64,000 nucleotides of DNA from Okamejei kenojei (taxonomy: Eukaryota), in the NCBI GenBank assembly GCA_035221665.1, contig CM069132.1:107074001-107138000 (forward strand), in the 5' to 3' direction. Positions 62,601 to 64,000 of the stretch are shown in pieces (the first letter of the stretch is position 1; each line of letters begins with the position of its first letter). The notes beneath the pieces are model-generated. The model ran no database searches. It saw nothing but the letters and a program-made list of their open reading frames with translations, and was not told the DNA's origin. A program made the position numbers and the translations under genes.

Positions 62601-64000
62601 TCTCTTGTCCTTATTATGTTTGTACTTCTGTTCTAAATCCCTCAGGTCTGTTATCAACTTATTATATGTTTTTCATTCTGGCCTTTTCAATATGTGATGC
62701 CCTAGCTATTAACCTACCTCGTATTACACCCTTCAATGAGTCCCATAGTATGGATAGGTCCACCTCCCCATTGTCATTCTCCTTTAGATAAGTTTTGATT
62801 TCCAATTTAATATCATTAACAGTTGTTTTAACATTCAATATTCCCAACATTTAATCGCCACACTGTATTTTTCCTTCTACTGTCCATTTGAATTGTTAAG
62901 TATATGGCATTATGGTCTGATACATCTGCCACACCAATTCTGCAATCCGTTATCCTATAACAGTCTTCTTTCTGCATTAAGAAATAGTCTGTTCTGGAGT
63001 AAACTGAGTGCGGTATTGAGTAATGTGTATAGTCTCTTTCTAGAGGGTGAAAATTCCTCCAGACATCAAGAAAACCAAATTATTCACAGGTAGTGTTTAG
63101 TGGTTTTGTTAACTGGTTCTAATTCTTGTTTTTACTTGTTGTATCAAGCCTATGATTCAGTACAACATTCAGAATCCTCCCCACATATACAAATTCCTTC
63201 TGCTTCCATTGCAATAATATCAAATAGGGATTTGAAAAAGTGTTTATCACTATCTGGGGGAGCATAGATATTCACCAGTGTCAGGACATTATTATCAACT
63301 TTGCCCTTTACTATGATATACCTCCCTTCTTTGTCTTTTGTTTCTTTAAAAATTTCGAATTTAACTGAGTTTGATATCAAGATTGCCACTCCTCTTTTAT
63401 GACTACGTGAGCTATAATGTGTTTTTATGTCCAAATCTTTTCAGCTTCTCATGCTCTTGTCGCGATAAATGGGTTTCTTGTAAGAAAATAATATGCATCT
63501 TCCCTTTTTTCAATTTAGTCATGACTTTCGCCCTCTTAATTGGATTACCCAAACTATTAACATTTAGAGACATCAGCTTAAGTCCTTGACATTGCATCAT
63601 TACACTTAGTGTGATTGATTTCACTGTATCCCCTCAACTCAACACCGGAACCATTCTGAACAATAAACCAAAACATATGAACAAACAAAGGTGTTTTACC
63701 TGGCAAAACAAAACAAAACATCAAAATATATATGGACTCCCAAAAACGGGGATTCTCTCTCCTCCATAGATCCCGAATCCCTTTGTAAATTGAGGGGGGA
63801 AGCCTAACACTAAGAAAGGGCCCTCTCCTAGATAAGGGGGGTAACCCTCTATGGGTCCCTCCATTCATTCTAGCTCTAATATTTCGCTAATCTCCCTAAC
63901 AGTCGGATTTATCTGATACAGAAAGTTGTATTAAATCAACATTAATTACACTCGCATGAGGTCTGTGATGCTTGGTGATATTTTTAGAACCAGGTTTATA
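59610..64000 (-). mobile_element. L1-clade LINE, near-complete but disrupted ORF2, extends beyond the window
   Basis: Endonuclease MSLNVNSLGNPIKR..FLQETHL, KRGVAILI, GRYIIVKG..LVNIYAPP; [41 protein letters not shown]; C-terminal CWRQCGQTDANHVHIFWSCP; AATAAA (59629-59634) and poly(A). Confidence 0.93.

Overview
Eukaryotic (vertebrate) genomic DNA, inferred to be cartilaginous fish (skate/ray-like) from its repeat repertoire. The only host coding exon recognised is a 190-nt + strand internal exon of alpha-catulin (CTNNAL1, 42202-42391), so the rest is probably two very large introns. These are dense with transposon relics: CR1, Rex1/Babar and L1 LINEs, Penelope-like elements (PLE), a DIRS element, a deleted Gypsy LTR element, a Tc1 transposon, PIF/Harbinger-like MITEs and tRNA-derived V-SINEs. 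Four observations stand out. (1) A Helitron-like element appears to have captured a genomic piece of HTRA2 exon 1, with its splice donor and adjacent intron. (2) More than a dozen short PLE-LTR pieces carry minimal hammerhead ribozyme cores, many as palindromic cassettes. (3) One PLE insertion contains a 319-bp copy of neighbouring DNA between its target-site duplications. (4) The DIRS element has intact ITR/ICR ends but duplicated gag and recombinase-end segments. Family names come from recalled motifs, not database searches, and many repeat boundaries are approximate.
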